Of a stretch of 47,028 nt of DNA, positions 1 through 12,582 are shown one piece after another (the first letter of the stretch is position 1; every line of letters begins with the position of its first letter). Source of the stretch: Nemertoderma westbladi. Its lineage: Eukaryota; Animalia; Xenacoelomorpha. The stretch is from contig JAUCBJ010005277.1 in NCBI GenBank assembly GCA_032718475.1, positions 1 through 47,028 of the forward strand, given 5' to 3'. The notes under the pieces are model-generated. The model saw only the letters and a program-made list of their open reading frames with translations. It ran no database searches and had not been told where the DNA came from. Position numbers and translations under genes: made by a program.

Positions 1-218
1 GGTGACCTGGGCGCGGAACTACATGTACAGTACCTTATTAAATTTACCAGAAGATCCTCCTACTACTGTACAGTCGGATATAAGTTCGCCTCGTATCTAA
101 ATTCACCAAAAGATCCCGGATCTAATTTCCCACAAGTTAAGTACGTCTAGGATCGAATTTAATTAATTTTAATCCCTAGTCCTATGGTAAAATAAAGAAA
201 AACAATTGAACCGCGAAT

Positions 219-1221
219 GTGGTGAAGTCGGGTTTTAGACATTTTAACTGTAAGGATTGCCAATCTTCAAAAATAACAAGGCACACAAAGACTCCTATTA
301 AAACGATTCCAACAACAACCAGATTTCATACGTTACATATTTATATTGTCAGACTTTTGCCACAATCTATTGGTTACAAGTATTTGACAACTATAATAGA
401 CAGGTTTACTCATTGGTTCGAATTTGTACCTGTACGAGGTACAGTATCACTGCTAAAACAGTGGCAAATGCATTAGTTCGAAACTGGATTTCCTGGTTTG
501 GTGTCCCTAGAATTTTGATCAGTGATCAAGGTGGCCAATTCGAATCACAAATTTGGGGCTATTTAATGGAGATGCTTGGAATTGAAAAAAGAAGAATAAC
601 ATCGTATCATCCTGCATGCAATGGAGCAATAGAAAGATTCCATCGACAATTGAAGAACTCAATCCGAGCATCTTGTACGTCTTCAAGTTGGTATTATTCG
701 TTACCTCTAATCCTGTTGGGTATCAGAAATACCATAGGAGAATATGGTTATTCTCCCTCACAATTAACCTATGGCAGTGAAACCACTACCTTGTGATTAG
801 TTTATAGACATTTCCCCAGAGTATGACCTACCAAACAACTCTTTTGTGGAAAAGCAATTTGGAAATATGAGGAAAATATATCCGCCTGAAAGAAAACATA
901 AACTCGATAACTACATTCCGAAGGAATTAGCTACGGCTACACACACATACATGTTTGTTTGCGGCAAGAGGTTCGCAAATCATCACTTCAGATACCATAT
1001 ATTGGACCATATAAAGTTCTAACTCACAATGATAAAACTCTGGAGATTGAGCTCCATATCGAGTTTCACAGTATTGCACCTGCACCTGTATTCCCATCAT
1101 CAGCATCAATATCGAAAGTAAAGAGAAAACGAGTTACATTCTTAATCATTCCTCGTATACATTACTATACATAATATAAAAACTTCACTCATAGGTCTCC
1201 GCCTAAGATTAGGGGGAGTAA
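219..1221 (+). mobile_element. Decayed Ty3/Gypsy LTR-retrotransposon pol 3' end (integrase) with polypurine tract
   Basis: CxxCQ zinc-finger end, YLTTIIDRFTHW, ISDQGGQFES, YHPACNGAIERFHRQLK (rve core) and YIGPYKV (GPY/F) spread over frameshifted ORFs; purine tract AGGGGGAGTAA at 1211-1221. Confidence 0.9.
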
Positions 1222-1298
1222 TGTAACGTTATAATTAACTCTTGTGTAATAATTATTGTTGAAAGTGCACCTTAATTGCCTGTATCATAGGATATAAT
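1222..1298 (+). mobile_element. Start of the 3' LTR of the Gypsy element (interrupted)
   Basis: TGTAAC directly follows the polypurine tract; the right boundary is uncertain. Confidence 0.55.
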
Positions 1299-1542
1299 GG
1301 GTGCGAGTCGATTCGCCCCTTGACCTATTCGCCCCATGTCTATTCGCCCCAGATTTGAGGGACATATGGCAGCCAATTCGCCACATATAATTATAAATTA
1401 CTTAATGTTCTGAGTCTGAATAATAATAAGGTACTAATTCTTGTCAGCTTATAGTTTGTACAAAACTATTAGAAAACCCAAAACACCCGCATGATCAGGG
1501 GATTTGATTATTAATTATCATGGGAGCTGTAACCTGCTCCTT

Positions 1543-1944
1543 GGGGCCGTCCAAGTATGACGTCTGCACTTTTCCCCAAAATGTTGACCCCCTCCCTCCC
1601 CTAAATCAGATGTCTTCAGATAGGCGTTGATACCCCCCCCCCCCCCCCCCCCCCCACCTCCCCTAAATCAGATTAAAAAAAAATTTTGTAACAAACTATT
1701 ATATTATGAAGATTATTTATAATCACTTGTAAATCATTAAATTATTATTTTTAATCAAATTATGAATTATATAATTATAGTAAATTATTAATTAATATTA
1801 TAATATAATAATAGTTATTCAATCAGCCAGGGACTGAATCTATCCTCAATAGCTATATCTCTTCTAGCACCTATAAATGAACATGCTGACGTCAGATTTT
1901 GGCTGACCCCCTCCCCTCATCAGCACGTCATCAGATTTTCCCAA

Positions 1945-1975
<31 letters not shown>

Positions 1976-2002
1976 GTGCCGACGTCATACTTGGACGGCC
2001 CC
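1543..2002. mobile_element. PIF/Harbinger-like MITE
   Basis: TIR GGGGCCGTCCAAGTATGACGTC and its reverse complement; 3-bp TSD CTT (1540-1542, 2003-2005). Confidence 0.85.
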
Positions 2003-2013
2003 CTTTCCGTAAA

Positions 2014-2114
2014 TTGAGAAATTCTCAATTTAGGGAAAGGAGCAGGTTACAGTGACACGTTATTTTAACCAAAGCAATAAACTAAACACAATAGAACAGG
2101 TTACAGTTTTATTT
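2014..2114 (+). repeat. About 100-bp dispersed repeat, copy 1
   Basis: TCAATTTAGGGAAAGGAGCAGGTTACAGTG...AATAGAACAGGTTACAGTTTTATTTT recurs near 32777 and 37283, inverted near 45075-45200 and diverged near 18495-18563. Confidence 0.8.
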
Positions 2115-2387
2115 TGAGGCGGGATATTAAATAGCCGAGATGGGATTTGATTGGTATTTCATTAATCACAACAAATCACTAAAATTGGAAGTACAGTATT
2201 TCAGTCAGGCTGTGCAACTTGATTTGTCAAGTTAACAAAATGTAGCCCTTGATCTACTGTAGCATTAACAATATATTGTCCCCCAGGACTTATGTGATAT
2301 TTATTTATCGTAACAATTATTGAAAGTGTGACGGGAATATTAAGACAGGATATACAGTAGATATACAGTTTAGTATGGCGACAGCTA

Positions 2388-3630
2388 TTAACGTTTGGAG
2401 TGCGGGTCGAGCCACGAAAGTATGCGAGCTTAGCATAAAGGTACCAATAACTTTAATCGGCGTGTCTGTTTTTCTGTTGTGTTAAATTTTAAACGTTAAT
2501 AACTCAGCCAAATCTCGATAAAAGCTATCCAAACTTGGTACACATGTAGTGTGATAAAAGTTTAGAAATTTTCCCAGTTGAATTTTTGTGTGGCCTTCCA
2601 GAAGCTAAGAAGATAATAACAGTGAATTAATTAAATTAAAATTAAATAAGTTGGTTATGGTAAAAATAGCATTTTCAACATGACTTTTAGCATAAATTAA
2701 TTATTTTATAGTATAAGATATAAATAATTATACTTCAAAATTATACAGCTGTAATCCCCATACCCCATTCCATTATATTTTTTAATTAGTTTAAATGATT
2801 TGCTTTAAGATATGTGTAGAGTGTACTGTAATTGATCTAAACGTAATTAAGTTATCAAAGGGGATCTCTGCTGTATTTTAACACAACACATTTAGAACAT
2901 TTTGTTTACACTATTTGGGATTCTGTGTTACTCTATTCGTCTCTTTGTAACAAACGCATTAACATGGGCACGTAATTTGTACTCCATACGCAAATCCATA
3001 CAAATTGCCACGCCATTGTAGTTTTAACTAGGTCAAAATGCCCTAAGTCACTCTATACCTCCCTCATTCCTTGGCATGCTTGCTATTATTGCCTATAGTT
3101 TGGAAACCAGTCCAATCATCGCACCACTACTTGGCCACGGGTAATTACATCTATAGGACATGTAGCAGGCACTACTAGTGTAAGCTTATTAGTGCCACCT
3201 ATTGAAATAGGCCTACTCAGGCAATCATTTTGTGAGAAGCAAGATGATTCTTTAGAATAATTAGCTAAATAATTTCGTTGAGGTTTTGACATGATAAATT
3301 AATATGTCAGTATCAATACTATCGGAATAAGGTAAGTTTTAATATTTCTTACAAATAGGGTCGCCTCCACGCCTAAAATTTAAAACACAAATTTCCTGTT
3401 AATACCTTTGCCTTTCATTAATCCTCTGTGCGCCTTTGGGTTGGGGTGGTGCAGTCCGGCAGTCGTGCAGATTAACAAGGGGTTTAAGGGGGGGCTTTTC
3501 TTTCTTCTTTGATTTATTCCTATTGGCGGTTTGGTTAAATTTCTTAAATGCCGATTTTGGGATAGAATTGCTCAATTTTAATCTGTATCTGATACTGAGC
3601 CTCGTGATGCGCGAAGGCCCCCGAACGTGT
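2388..3630 (+). mobile_element. Non-autonomous interspersed element, copy A
   Basis: Long inverted homology to 13987-15022; no credible coding capacity. Confidence 0.75.
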
Positions 3631-5450
3631 AACAATAATGTAGTAGTAGCAAGCATTCACTGTTACCCCGACTTGTACTATGTAAATAGCGTACATTTCA
3701 CAATCTTTCTATGTAGAGCCCCAAACTCAATCTAAGGATCTCTTGAATGTATATTAGGACTACTTATGTGGCGGATAATTATCTGTCCGGGCAATAAAGC
3801 GCTAACAACAGCAGTGGAAAGCAATAAGCGAGTAAAGGGTTATAACAAAGGCACATCTCACATCTGCGGATGAGAATCAACCAAGCGAGTTAATGTAATG
3901 GAACGATGCCTTTCGTGGCCTAAGCGTAGGGCCTACTCATATTTATAGAATCAATCAAACTATTGTTATTTATTACACACTTTTAATCGGGCAATATATC
4001 ACCTAAATGTACGTAAATCCTTAACAAAAATATCACTTTCTGCCATAGGGCAAAATAACTTGTTATTTAGTTACTTTCAGTATTAAATTTCAATTTTACT
4101 ACCGGTACCGGTATCTGAAGGTGAAGATGGTGTAATCTGTAATGATATCAGGTATCTGGTACTTTCCTATATATCTGTATATTTGATATAGCGATATAGG
4201 CCTAACAGCTTGTACTGTGGGGCGAGTCAAAACTGCGAGCCATCAGCGAACTGTTATAATTACTATGGCCGTTTTCCAAAAGTCTGTGTGTGTGTCGGAA
4301 GCCATAATATTGTCGGATGCCAATATCAGAATAGGCCCATATAACTAGCCATAGTATAATTATAATTGTTCGGAAGATGGCTTGCAGCTTTTGCTGCACG
4401 AAGGCCCACTCGTGTAGCAGTAGTTTGAGTTCGCAATCTCACAGTGACTGGCTGACAGACTGGCTAAGTGGCAGGTGTGGTGGTAGGCCTATAGTGGTAG
4501 TACAGTAGTTACTGGTATTTTAATTTCAGACAGTCTGCAATTTTAATGAATCGGAAAGGTGTTGGTGTATACCCATATTCTAGGTGTCTTATACTGTTAT
4601 AGGCAGTACCGTGTACTGACGTACCAGTTGATGCTTGATAGTGATAGTACCATTCAAAAAGTGCAGTAACTACTTTCAGATCTAAATTACCTTTAGAAGC
4701 TTAGACTTACGGTGTTCAAGAAATTTTGCCATTACATTACACTCCACTGCCAAACTCTGCAAATCCCAAAGGACAGCCCCAGTAGGGGGTGTAAAAGCTA
4801 CGCCAACGTCCGACAGCCGACAACCACTGCCGACGATGACAAATATGAAACTGTAACCTATTATCATGACTCTCGGTTATTGCTTTGGTTAGAATATCAT
4901 TCCACTGTAATCTGTTCCTTTTACATCAATTAACATTAATTAGCGTCAATAATGGTTGTCGGTTTTCGTTCTCGCATGTCGGTGTAGCGTCCCAGTGCTT
5001 AGATGCCATCATAGTCAGCGAAAGTAGTTAGCACTACGAGTATCTCGGCCCATGTGAGGAATATCAGACTTTCTGCCGCTATATTTCACTTTGCAGTTAC
5101 CCCCATGTAGAGAATGTCAGTAAAATTTACTCTCACGAGGGTTATAATAATAAAGATAGTTATTGGATATATTTTGTACAGTAGCTACTGTACATGTCTA
5201 TATAAATATATAACAGGAGGCTTGGCAACCTGGGTTCTATAAATGTCTGGTACTGCATAGTATAGTATGAGTAATTGTCCTGTTCGTTCAGCCTGTCAGC
5301 TTAGCTGGGACATTATAATTGAGTTTCATAGTTCAAATAATTGTAAAATTAGAGTATGATCACAAGGTCAAGTAGTTTACTATGACTGTATGTATACCTT
5401 ATATTGTACAGTATTGGATGTTGATAATTGGATAATTCGTACATTCCACA

Positions 5451-6352
5451 GGATAGTTCTGAAAGAGGACAATTACCGAAAGTTATGCGAAAGTTATCGA
5501 AAAGGTTAAAGAAGGGGTGAAAGCTATCCATTCACTGATAGGGGGTACATTTCGCCCTCTCGGCGTTCAATAGCATTCATAAACAAAAAAGATAGGGGTT
5601 ATAATTCAAATATGTGACGTTTAATTTCAAATATCCCTTCGCGAAATATAAATTCACTGACACAGTAAGGGCTCTACTAAACAAAGGTGCTAGGCTTGTT
5701 TATTAAAACCTGAGCTGCATTCAGTTACTTAATTATCAGTATTCCGTACAGCAGTAGGCTACACTGCGGTCCCTACCATGCTTCATGCTACCATCCAACC
5801 GGCTACTATCTGATCGCGTGGCGGCGCATTGCATCATTGCGGATGGCCTATGCATTACAAAACTCTTATAATGTTTTTAATGCGTAATTCGACTCGGGTG
5901 CTGATAACGGCGATAGTAAAACCTGTAGGCCTCACCACTGCACCGCTCGGTCCCTTGATTACCAGGAGTCAGTATGTAGGCCATCCTTCCGTCCTTAATG
6001 CAGTAATGCGCCGCCCCGCGGTCAGACGGTAGCCGATCTGTATAGCAGGGTAGGAAGGAACCCCAGTGCTGGAGCCGCTGCAGTAGCCTAGCCAAGCACT
6101 ACAGTAAAGTACACTGTAGTACAACCCTTACTGCTGTACTGTATCAGTGAATCTATATTTCGCGAAGATTTATTTAAAATTAAACGGCAATTATTTGAAT
6201 TAGAGCCCATATCTTTTTTGTTTATGAATAATATCGGAAGCTGAAAGTGCGAAATGCACCCCCTATCAGTAAATGGATAGATTTCGCCCCTACTTTAACT
6301 TTTTCGATAACTTTCGCATTACTTTCGGTATTGTCCTCTTTCAGAACTATCC
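5451..6352. mobile_element. Mutator (MULE)-like non-autonomous element
   Basis: About 210-bp imperfect TIRs starting GGATAGTTCTGAAAGAGGACAAT; 9-bp TSD CATTCCACA / CATTCCACG. Confidence 0.8.
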
Positions 6353-6499
6353 CATTCCACGGTCAACAATGAAGTAATCATTTCTGTAAAAGTTCACAAT
6401 GTTTCATAATTATTAATTTTTTCTTAACATAAATAATTCCAGAAAACGAATCCAGTAAAAATGAAATAGGAACGTTGTCAACCCATATCTCTCGTCAAA

Positions 6500-7111
6500 A
6501 GATGTTGACTTAGAGGTATTGTCAGAATCGCTAGAGGGAGACCAAAGGTTGCTCTGCACATTGGAGCATGTTGCTTTTAGATTTGGTCTTTTTGTAAATT
6601 CGAAGAAGACCAAAATCATGACAGTCAACCTAGACAGCCTTCAAGAAATGTCTGATCGTAAGGGCACAAGCTCTAAGGACGGCTTGCTTGAGCACGTGGA
6701 CGACTTCTGGTACTTGGGATCATGGATCCGAAAGTCACGTGAAGACCTTCGGATTCGTAAGGGGAAGGCATAGGCAGCATTCAATAATCTCTCTAGGATC
6801 TGGAAGTCCCATAGAATAAAACGGAACCTCAAGGTTTGATTATTTAGGGCAGCAGTAGAACAAGTACTCTTATATGAGGGATCATGCTAGGCTCTAACTG
6901 GAGATGCTTTCGCCGTAAGGACCAGACAGTGCATAATCTTGTGCTTTGGCGCCCTCATGGAGCGAATAAGCATGGTGGACAGCCCATGACTTTCTTGAGA
7001 CGCATCATAAAGGACACTGGCCTTGAAGATGCGGATGATCTAGCAAATGTCATGGGTGATAGGGAGTTGTGGCGGCGCAATTTTGTCGACAAGCCGGCAC
7101 AGCATTCTTAA
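6500..7111 (+). mobile_element. RTE-clade LINE 3' fragment (decayed RT C-terminal region)
   Basis: GLFVNSKKTKIM, VDDFWYLGSWI, KA*AAFNNLSRIWKS and terminal MGDRELWR motifs, with stops and a deletion. Confidence 0.85.
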
Positions 7112-7317
7112 TACAGTATATGTAATATATATAATACAGCTGCATGCAGCATGCCGATCGTAGTAGTTGTAGTAGATCGAATTGAGTTAAAAAGACTCAA
7201 ACAACAAGCCTATATTATAGATCTGCGCTGTCAACTACAGTACAGTAAAGTCGCTCTCATCATTCTGTTGAATCATTTCAAAGTCTTTTTATTACTACTG
7301 TACAAGATTACAGTACG

Positions 7318-7437
7318 TAGGCCTAAAATACAGTAGGCCTAAAATACAGTAGGCCTAAAATACAGTAGGCCTAAAATACAGTAGGCCTAAAATACAGTAG
7401 GCCTAAAATACAGTAGGCCTAAAATACAGTAGGCCTA
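7318..7437. repeat. 16-bp tandem repeat (TAGGCCTAAAATACAG) x about 7.5
   Basis: Perfect copies read directly. Confidence 0.95.
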
Positions 7438-7504
7438 TGTAGTGAAGTAAGGAGTGGAAACATTGTTTTAGTTTAACCGTAGGATTTATTACTAATGTTC
7501 CATA

Positions 7505-8004
7505 ATGAGTCATATTAAATGTTTAAAAGTCTTAGCTGTCATTATTTTGATTGTTCTGGCAACGAGATATTGGACAAATGGATACATCAATGGCTCAATA
7601 ATAAATTATTTAAAACCATATTATAACGAACAAGATGCCGTAGTTAACGGTGAAATATGTCGGTGAGTGATGAATATATTTTGGTTAAAAACTCATAAAA
7701 CGGGCACTTCTTCGACATTGTCAATGTTCACTAATCACGCGTTCTGGAACAAACTGACTCCAATGTTACCAACTAAGGAAGTTAGCAAATTCATATGGAT
7801 TTGTTCTCCTGTCCGTTATGCAAAATGGTGGGATACAGACCGCAATAGATACACACAGCACCCGAATGTATCCTTATTCCATTTGCGCTATAATATAAAG
7901 GTTAAGAATGTTATGCCCGTTGGTACAAAGTACATTTCTAATATACGAGATCCTGCCACATTGATACCATCCTACATCGGATTCTACACTTTCGACAAAG
8001 AATG
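7505..8004 (+). CDS. Galactose-3-O-sulfotransferase (GAL3ST)-family gene, coding exon 1; in-frame TGA at 7664-7666, possibly a pseudogene
   Basis: ATG 7505 gives a type II anchor (VLAVIILIVLA), then C-R-*-V-M-N-I-F-W-LKTHKTGTSST (5'-PAPS motif) and YISNIRDP (3'-PAPS motif); phase-2 donor TG|GTAAAT. Confidence 0.8.
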
Positions 8005-9700
8005 GTAAATAACCAAAACATTACAATTTATGACATCCTTCGTAGTCTCAATCATTAAAAAATTATATAAAAAGTAATTTTTTGTACCATTTTTTTTCGT
8101 CTTTATTTCCGCATATTATTATGAATAGTAAAATATGTAGCTGGTTGCGAGAAAAGGGACCTGGGGAAATAAAGTTCATTCTGAGAAAAACGCGTTTAAA
8201 GTTTGGCTCTTAAAGTCGACGTTTTCATTGGTTAATTGGTCGTGAATTGGGGTGTTTTCATTGGTTTATTGGTCGTTATTGCGTTTTATTAGAGCGAAAT
8301 TCAAACTGTATTGTACTACTGTAGTAATAGTACTAACCCTATTTAAATAACTTGCGATATTTGCAAAGCTAGCCTTTTAAGTTTTAGCAAGGGTGTGGAC
8401 CAAGTATGTTGTAAGTACTTAACATATCTTTACTTTAAGTGCAATTACTTAGTTCTACTAAGAATAAGAAGTTTTATGCATATACTTTGAAAGCTTAGAA
8501 AGTTTCTAACAAGGGCTTTGAATGTATTAATATGTACAACTACTTAGTTTTAGAGGGTATAACAAGTTTTAGGGAGGCACTTAGAAAGATTAGTATGTCT
8601 CAACCATGTAATTTGAAAATATAAAATTGTATTGACTTCGGAATATATGGTGACTGCACGGGTGTTATATTCTTCCAATTTTTATTGAAACATCAAGATG
8701 AATCTAATTTTTGTTTAAGGGCAATTTAAGTGTCATACTTTAATGCAAGTGAAATACTCAAATATTGTCATCTTTTTTTATAAGTTTTATTATATTATTA
8801 ATTACAGTTGTTACAGCTCAACTTCAATTTATTTATATTTTATTATACAGTAGAATATAGGCTTATTTTTTCCTGCAATTCACTACCGGTAACATTTAGT
8901 GTGTTGTGGTTAGGTTTTTGTTTGTGTTACACACCTGAATGATGATCATGGTAATATGTTTATTTTGTTATGTTATGATCACTTTGTTTTGTTTCTGTTT
9001 TTAAGGTACTTGTTTCTAATTCATCGTTTCGTTTATTTTTTGTTTATGTTTTTAATTTATCTTTGTTTGTATGTTCTTTAACATTTTATATAGGTGTGAT
9101 CTATGAGTTCTCATTGCTATAAACCGTAAAATTAATACAAGAGTACAAGAGTGTGGCTAGTACTATTTTTGGGCATGATGGCCCTATTTTTGGACTTAAT
9201 TGAAGTATTTGTAATTACAGTAGTTGAGTGTAACACTCAAGAGATAAAACTTTAGTTTAATTATATAAAATTCTTAAACAGCAATTTTGTGGAATGCTAT
9301 GTAGATTGGTAACGTTAGAACTCTCATATTAGCTATATTTAGCTCCGTTTTCCGGATGGTGACATTTAAAAAAAATTCTAATAACTAAAGATTGATAAAG
9401 TGAAAAGAAAAAATTCATTCTAACCCAGTAAGGTCAAACTACCTCGCATTTAAATTTCATGCAATATCATTAAGATTTTTAATCATAGGTGCATATAGGA
9501 CTACTTTAGCACGGTGACGAAATTTGTAATAATTGAAATGTACCGGGTCACGCATGAGTTGGGCATAAGAATTCGCATCTCTCACTTGTGTTTTATTTAC
9601 TTACAGAAGGATATCAAGGGATCTAACCGGTTCACTAACACAGTAGTAACATGAATAAGCCTATTATACAGTATTATAGCTTTGCTGAATTATGTCATAT

Positions 9701-12582
9701 TAGTGGGGTCGCTTAAGGTGAAAATCGTTAATTGCCGGACAAAAGCATGAAAATGTGACTATATATGTAAAAAAATGTGTAGATTAATCTGAGCCTGTGT
9801 ACCAAAAAAATTGACTACTTCCCTAGCAACAGGGTGACTTTTTCATAGCAACCGGGTAAAATTGGTCATTTCTGTTATTGAAACTCGCCATAAACAAAAA
9901 TTATGATTATTTAACTGGGTTAGTTTATAATATAAGTCTGTACACGTTTCCATAGCAACAAGGAGACCTTTCCCTAGCAACCGCTGTATATTTAATGAAA
10001 TTATGATTGAAACTTGGGATAATCAACCTGTCTAGCAATATAAGATTGTTAGTAATAACATTGGCGCTGATACACGTGTCCATAGCAACAAGGTGACCTT
10101 TCCCTAGGAACTGCCTGAAATTTAGTGTAATTAATATTGAAACTGGAGATAAACAGCATTTATAGCAATATAAGATGGTTAGTAGTTATATTGGAGCTGT
10201 GATGCACGTTTCCATAGAAACAAAAGGTGATATCTATATTTAAAAAATATTGCACTTTTGGCTTTATGAGGATAATGTGTTTATACATCAAATACACAGC
10301 CACAAGGCTGTAAATTTAAATTATTTAGTATTATAGTTATTCCAATTCTTTTAATTATACGAATCATATGTGATCAATAACAAGAGCAAGTGCAAGTGCA
10401 TAATTCAGTGCATTTAAACCCAGCCTTCCCACACTTGCAGTTTGTGTAATTGCGCTTTTTGCATGCACATTTAATGACTTTGCAACACATCGTTGCAGCG
10501 TCTGGAAGTGAACTCCAGACGGGATTCCATTGAGTATTAAATACCCAACCGAAATCCGCTGGTGAAGGGAGTATCGGTTTGTCCTGTGTGCAGACTGCCC
10601 AAACTAGCCCGCATCACATGTTGGTAAAGGGCGTGTTGAGTTGGTGGCAAGCGATCAATCACGCAGTTGCGTTTGGTGAATAGATCCCGTCTTGTAGTAT
10701 TTATACTCGTTCTGTTTGATTTTCTGTCATCCATACGTATGACAAATTTTTCCAACGCTTTGAATTCGCATTGAATTGTACCAACCAAGTTTTCAAAGCA
10801 GTTATTTTGCCAATATTTCTGAAGTGGGACACGGTGTCACAGCCACTAAGGGCATGGAACATCAATAAACCCTTTGATTTGTCCTCACCTAACTTTTGGG
10901 ATATATTATTCACATTGAAATATTTAAAATGTTTTCCAGAACCGAATGCTAACCATATGTTCAGACTGGGATGATTGGATATTAAATAGAAGTGAACTCC
11001 GATCAGTATTACTAAAACGTCTGTTTCACCCGTGCGCACAATGATATTTGTAGCCCCCATTGACAATGCATGCTGGATGTGTACTATAATGCGGGTGTGA
11101 TGAGCTCTATGAGCACTATGAGCTCTATGAGCTCGAATAAATACTAGAATTAGCCTCTGAATTCTCAAAATGAAGTCGTAGAACTGAAAGGTTGGATGCT
11201 CTGTTGCCATTAAGTCTCTCCAGTCTGAAAATGAATAATTATCAATGTGATTTGTATTCTCGAATTCTGAAAAGGCTTCAATCTGCAATAATGTCAATGC
11301 AGTAATGCAATAATGTCAATGATAATAATGCAATAATAATAATGTCAATGCAATAATGTCATGTTGTTTGATGAGCTTTTCGAGTCCTTGTAATATGTGC
11401 TACTTTATGGAAAGAATCAGCTACACCATGAGTAGCAATATTTGCTTCTGTAAGCAACTCAACCCATCCAGAGCAATCCAACGTATCCTCATGACACCCC
11501 CACAAAGCCTTCTCAATATGTATGTTTTCTGAGTCTAAATTCAGCAAAGTGTCGCTGGAAAGAATAATAAAATAAAACCCATAAAAAATATAGGCTTGTT
11601 TACCAACCAACCACACCTATAAATAACGTAATATTAAAAAAATCAGTTTTAAACATTTTAAATACTTACTATTTGGGTGGCTACATTTTTGGATTTTTAA
11701 CTGTACTTTTACACTGTAGTTTTATAAACACACATTATTCCCATAAATTTAAATATTTTTATGGAAACGTGTATCAATCAGCTCTAATATAACTACTAAT
11801 AATCTTATATTCGCCCATGCCGCACGTGAAGAATACCAGGATTTCACTTTTCGGTCGACTTTTTATTGGAATTTTATATATGAAGATTTTTTATTTTTTT
11901 TAATTTATCTTTATTAAGTGTTTTATAGCGCTTATTTCTCTCTTATAACCTGTACATATACTAATTCGTTTATTGTTTTGGTTAGATTCAGCCCTTCTGT
12001 AAAATGTGGTTTTGGTGAAAACCTGGTATTCTTCACAAGGGAGTAACTGCAAAGTGAAATATAACAGCAGAAAGTCTGGTATTCTTCACATGTGCCTTAT
12101 ATTGCTATACAGGTTGATTATCCCAACATGATCCCAAATTTCAATCAGAATTGCAGGCAGTTGCTAGGGAAAGGTCATATTGTTGCTAAGGAAACGAGTA
12201 TCAGCCCCGAATACACTATTAACCATCTTCTATTGCTAGCCAGGTTATTTATCCCAAGTTTCAATCATAATTACATTAAATATACAACGGTTGCTAGGGA
12301 AAGGTCACCTTGTTGCTATGGAAACGTGTACTCGACTTCTATTTTTAAACCAACCCAGTAATATAATCGTAATTTCACTATATGGCGAGTTTCAATAACA
12401 GATACGACCAAAAGTATCCGGTTGCTATGAAAAAGTCACCCTGTTGCTAGGGAAGTAGTCAATTTTTTTGGTACACAGGCTCAGATTAATCTACACATTT
12501 TTTTACATATATAGTCACATTTTCATGCTTTTGTCCAGCAATTAACGATTTTGCTATATTTCAGCCTTAAGCGACCCCACTA
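9701..12582 (-). mobile_element. Academ (AcademX-type) DNA transposon, internally deleted
   Basis: TAG...CTA termini, 3-bp TSD TAT, TIRs of about 500 bp; minus-strand remnants with an XPG/PIN-like nuclease (ETDVLVIL, FHALSGCDTVS, LPPT) and a Cys-rich C-terminus (KCACKK..NCKCGKAGFKCTELCTC, about 10385-10480). Confidence 0.85.
11812..12095. mobile_element. Small MITE nested in the right Academ TIR
   Basis: Inverted repeat GTGAAGAATACCAG / CTGGTATTCTTCAC; 8-bp TSD CTTATATT; the segment is absent from the left TIR. Confidence 0.75.

Noticed and set aside
3399-3735. ORFs similar to those at 13992-14217
   Set aside because: The similarity reflects two copies of a non-coding repeat; the frames are not conserved.
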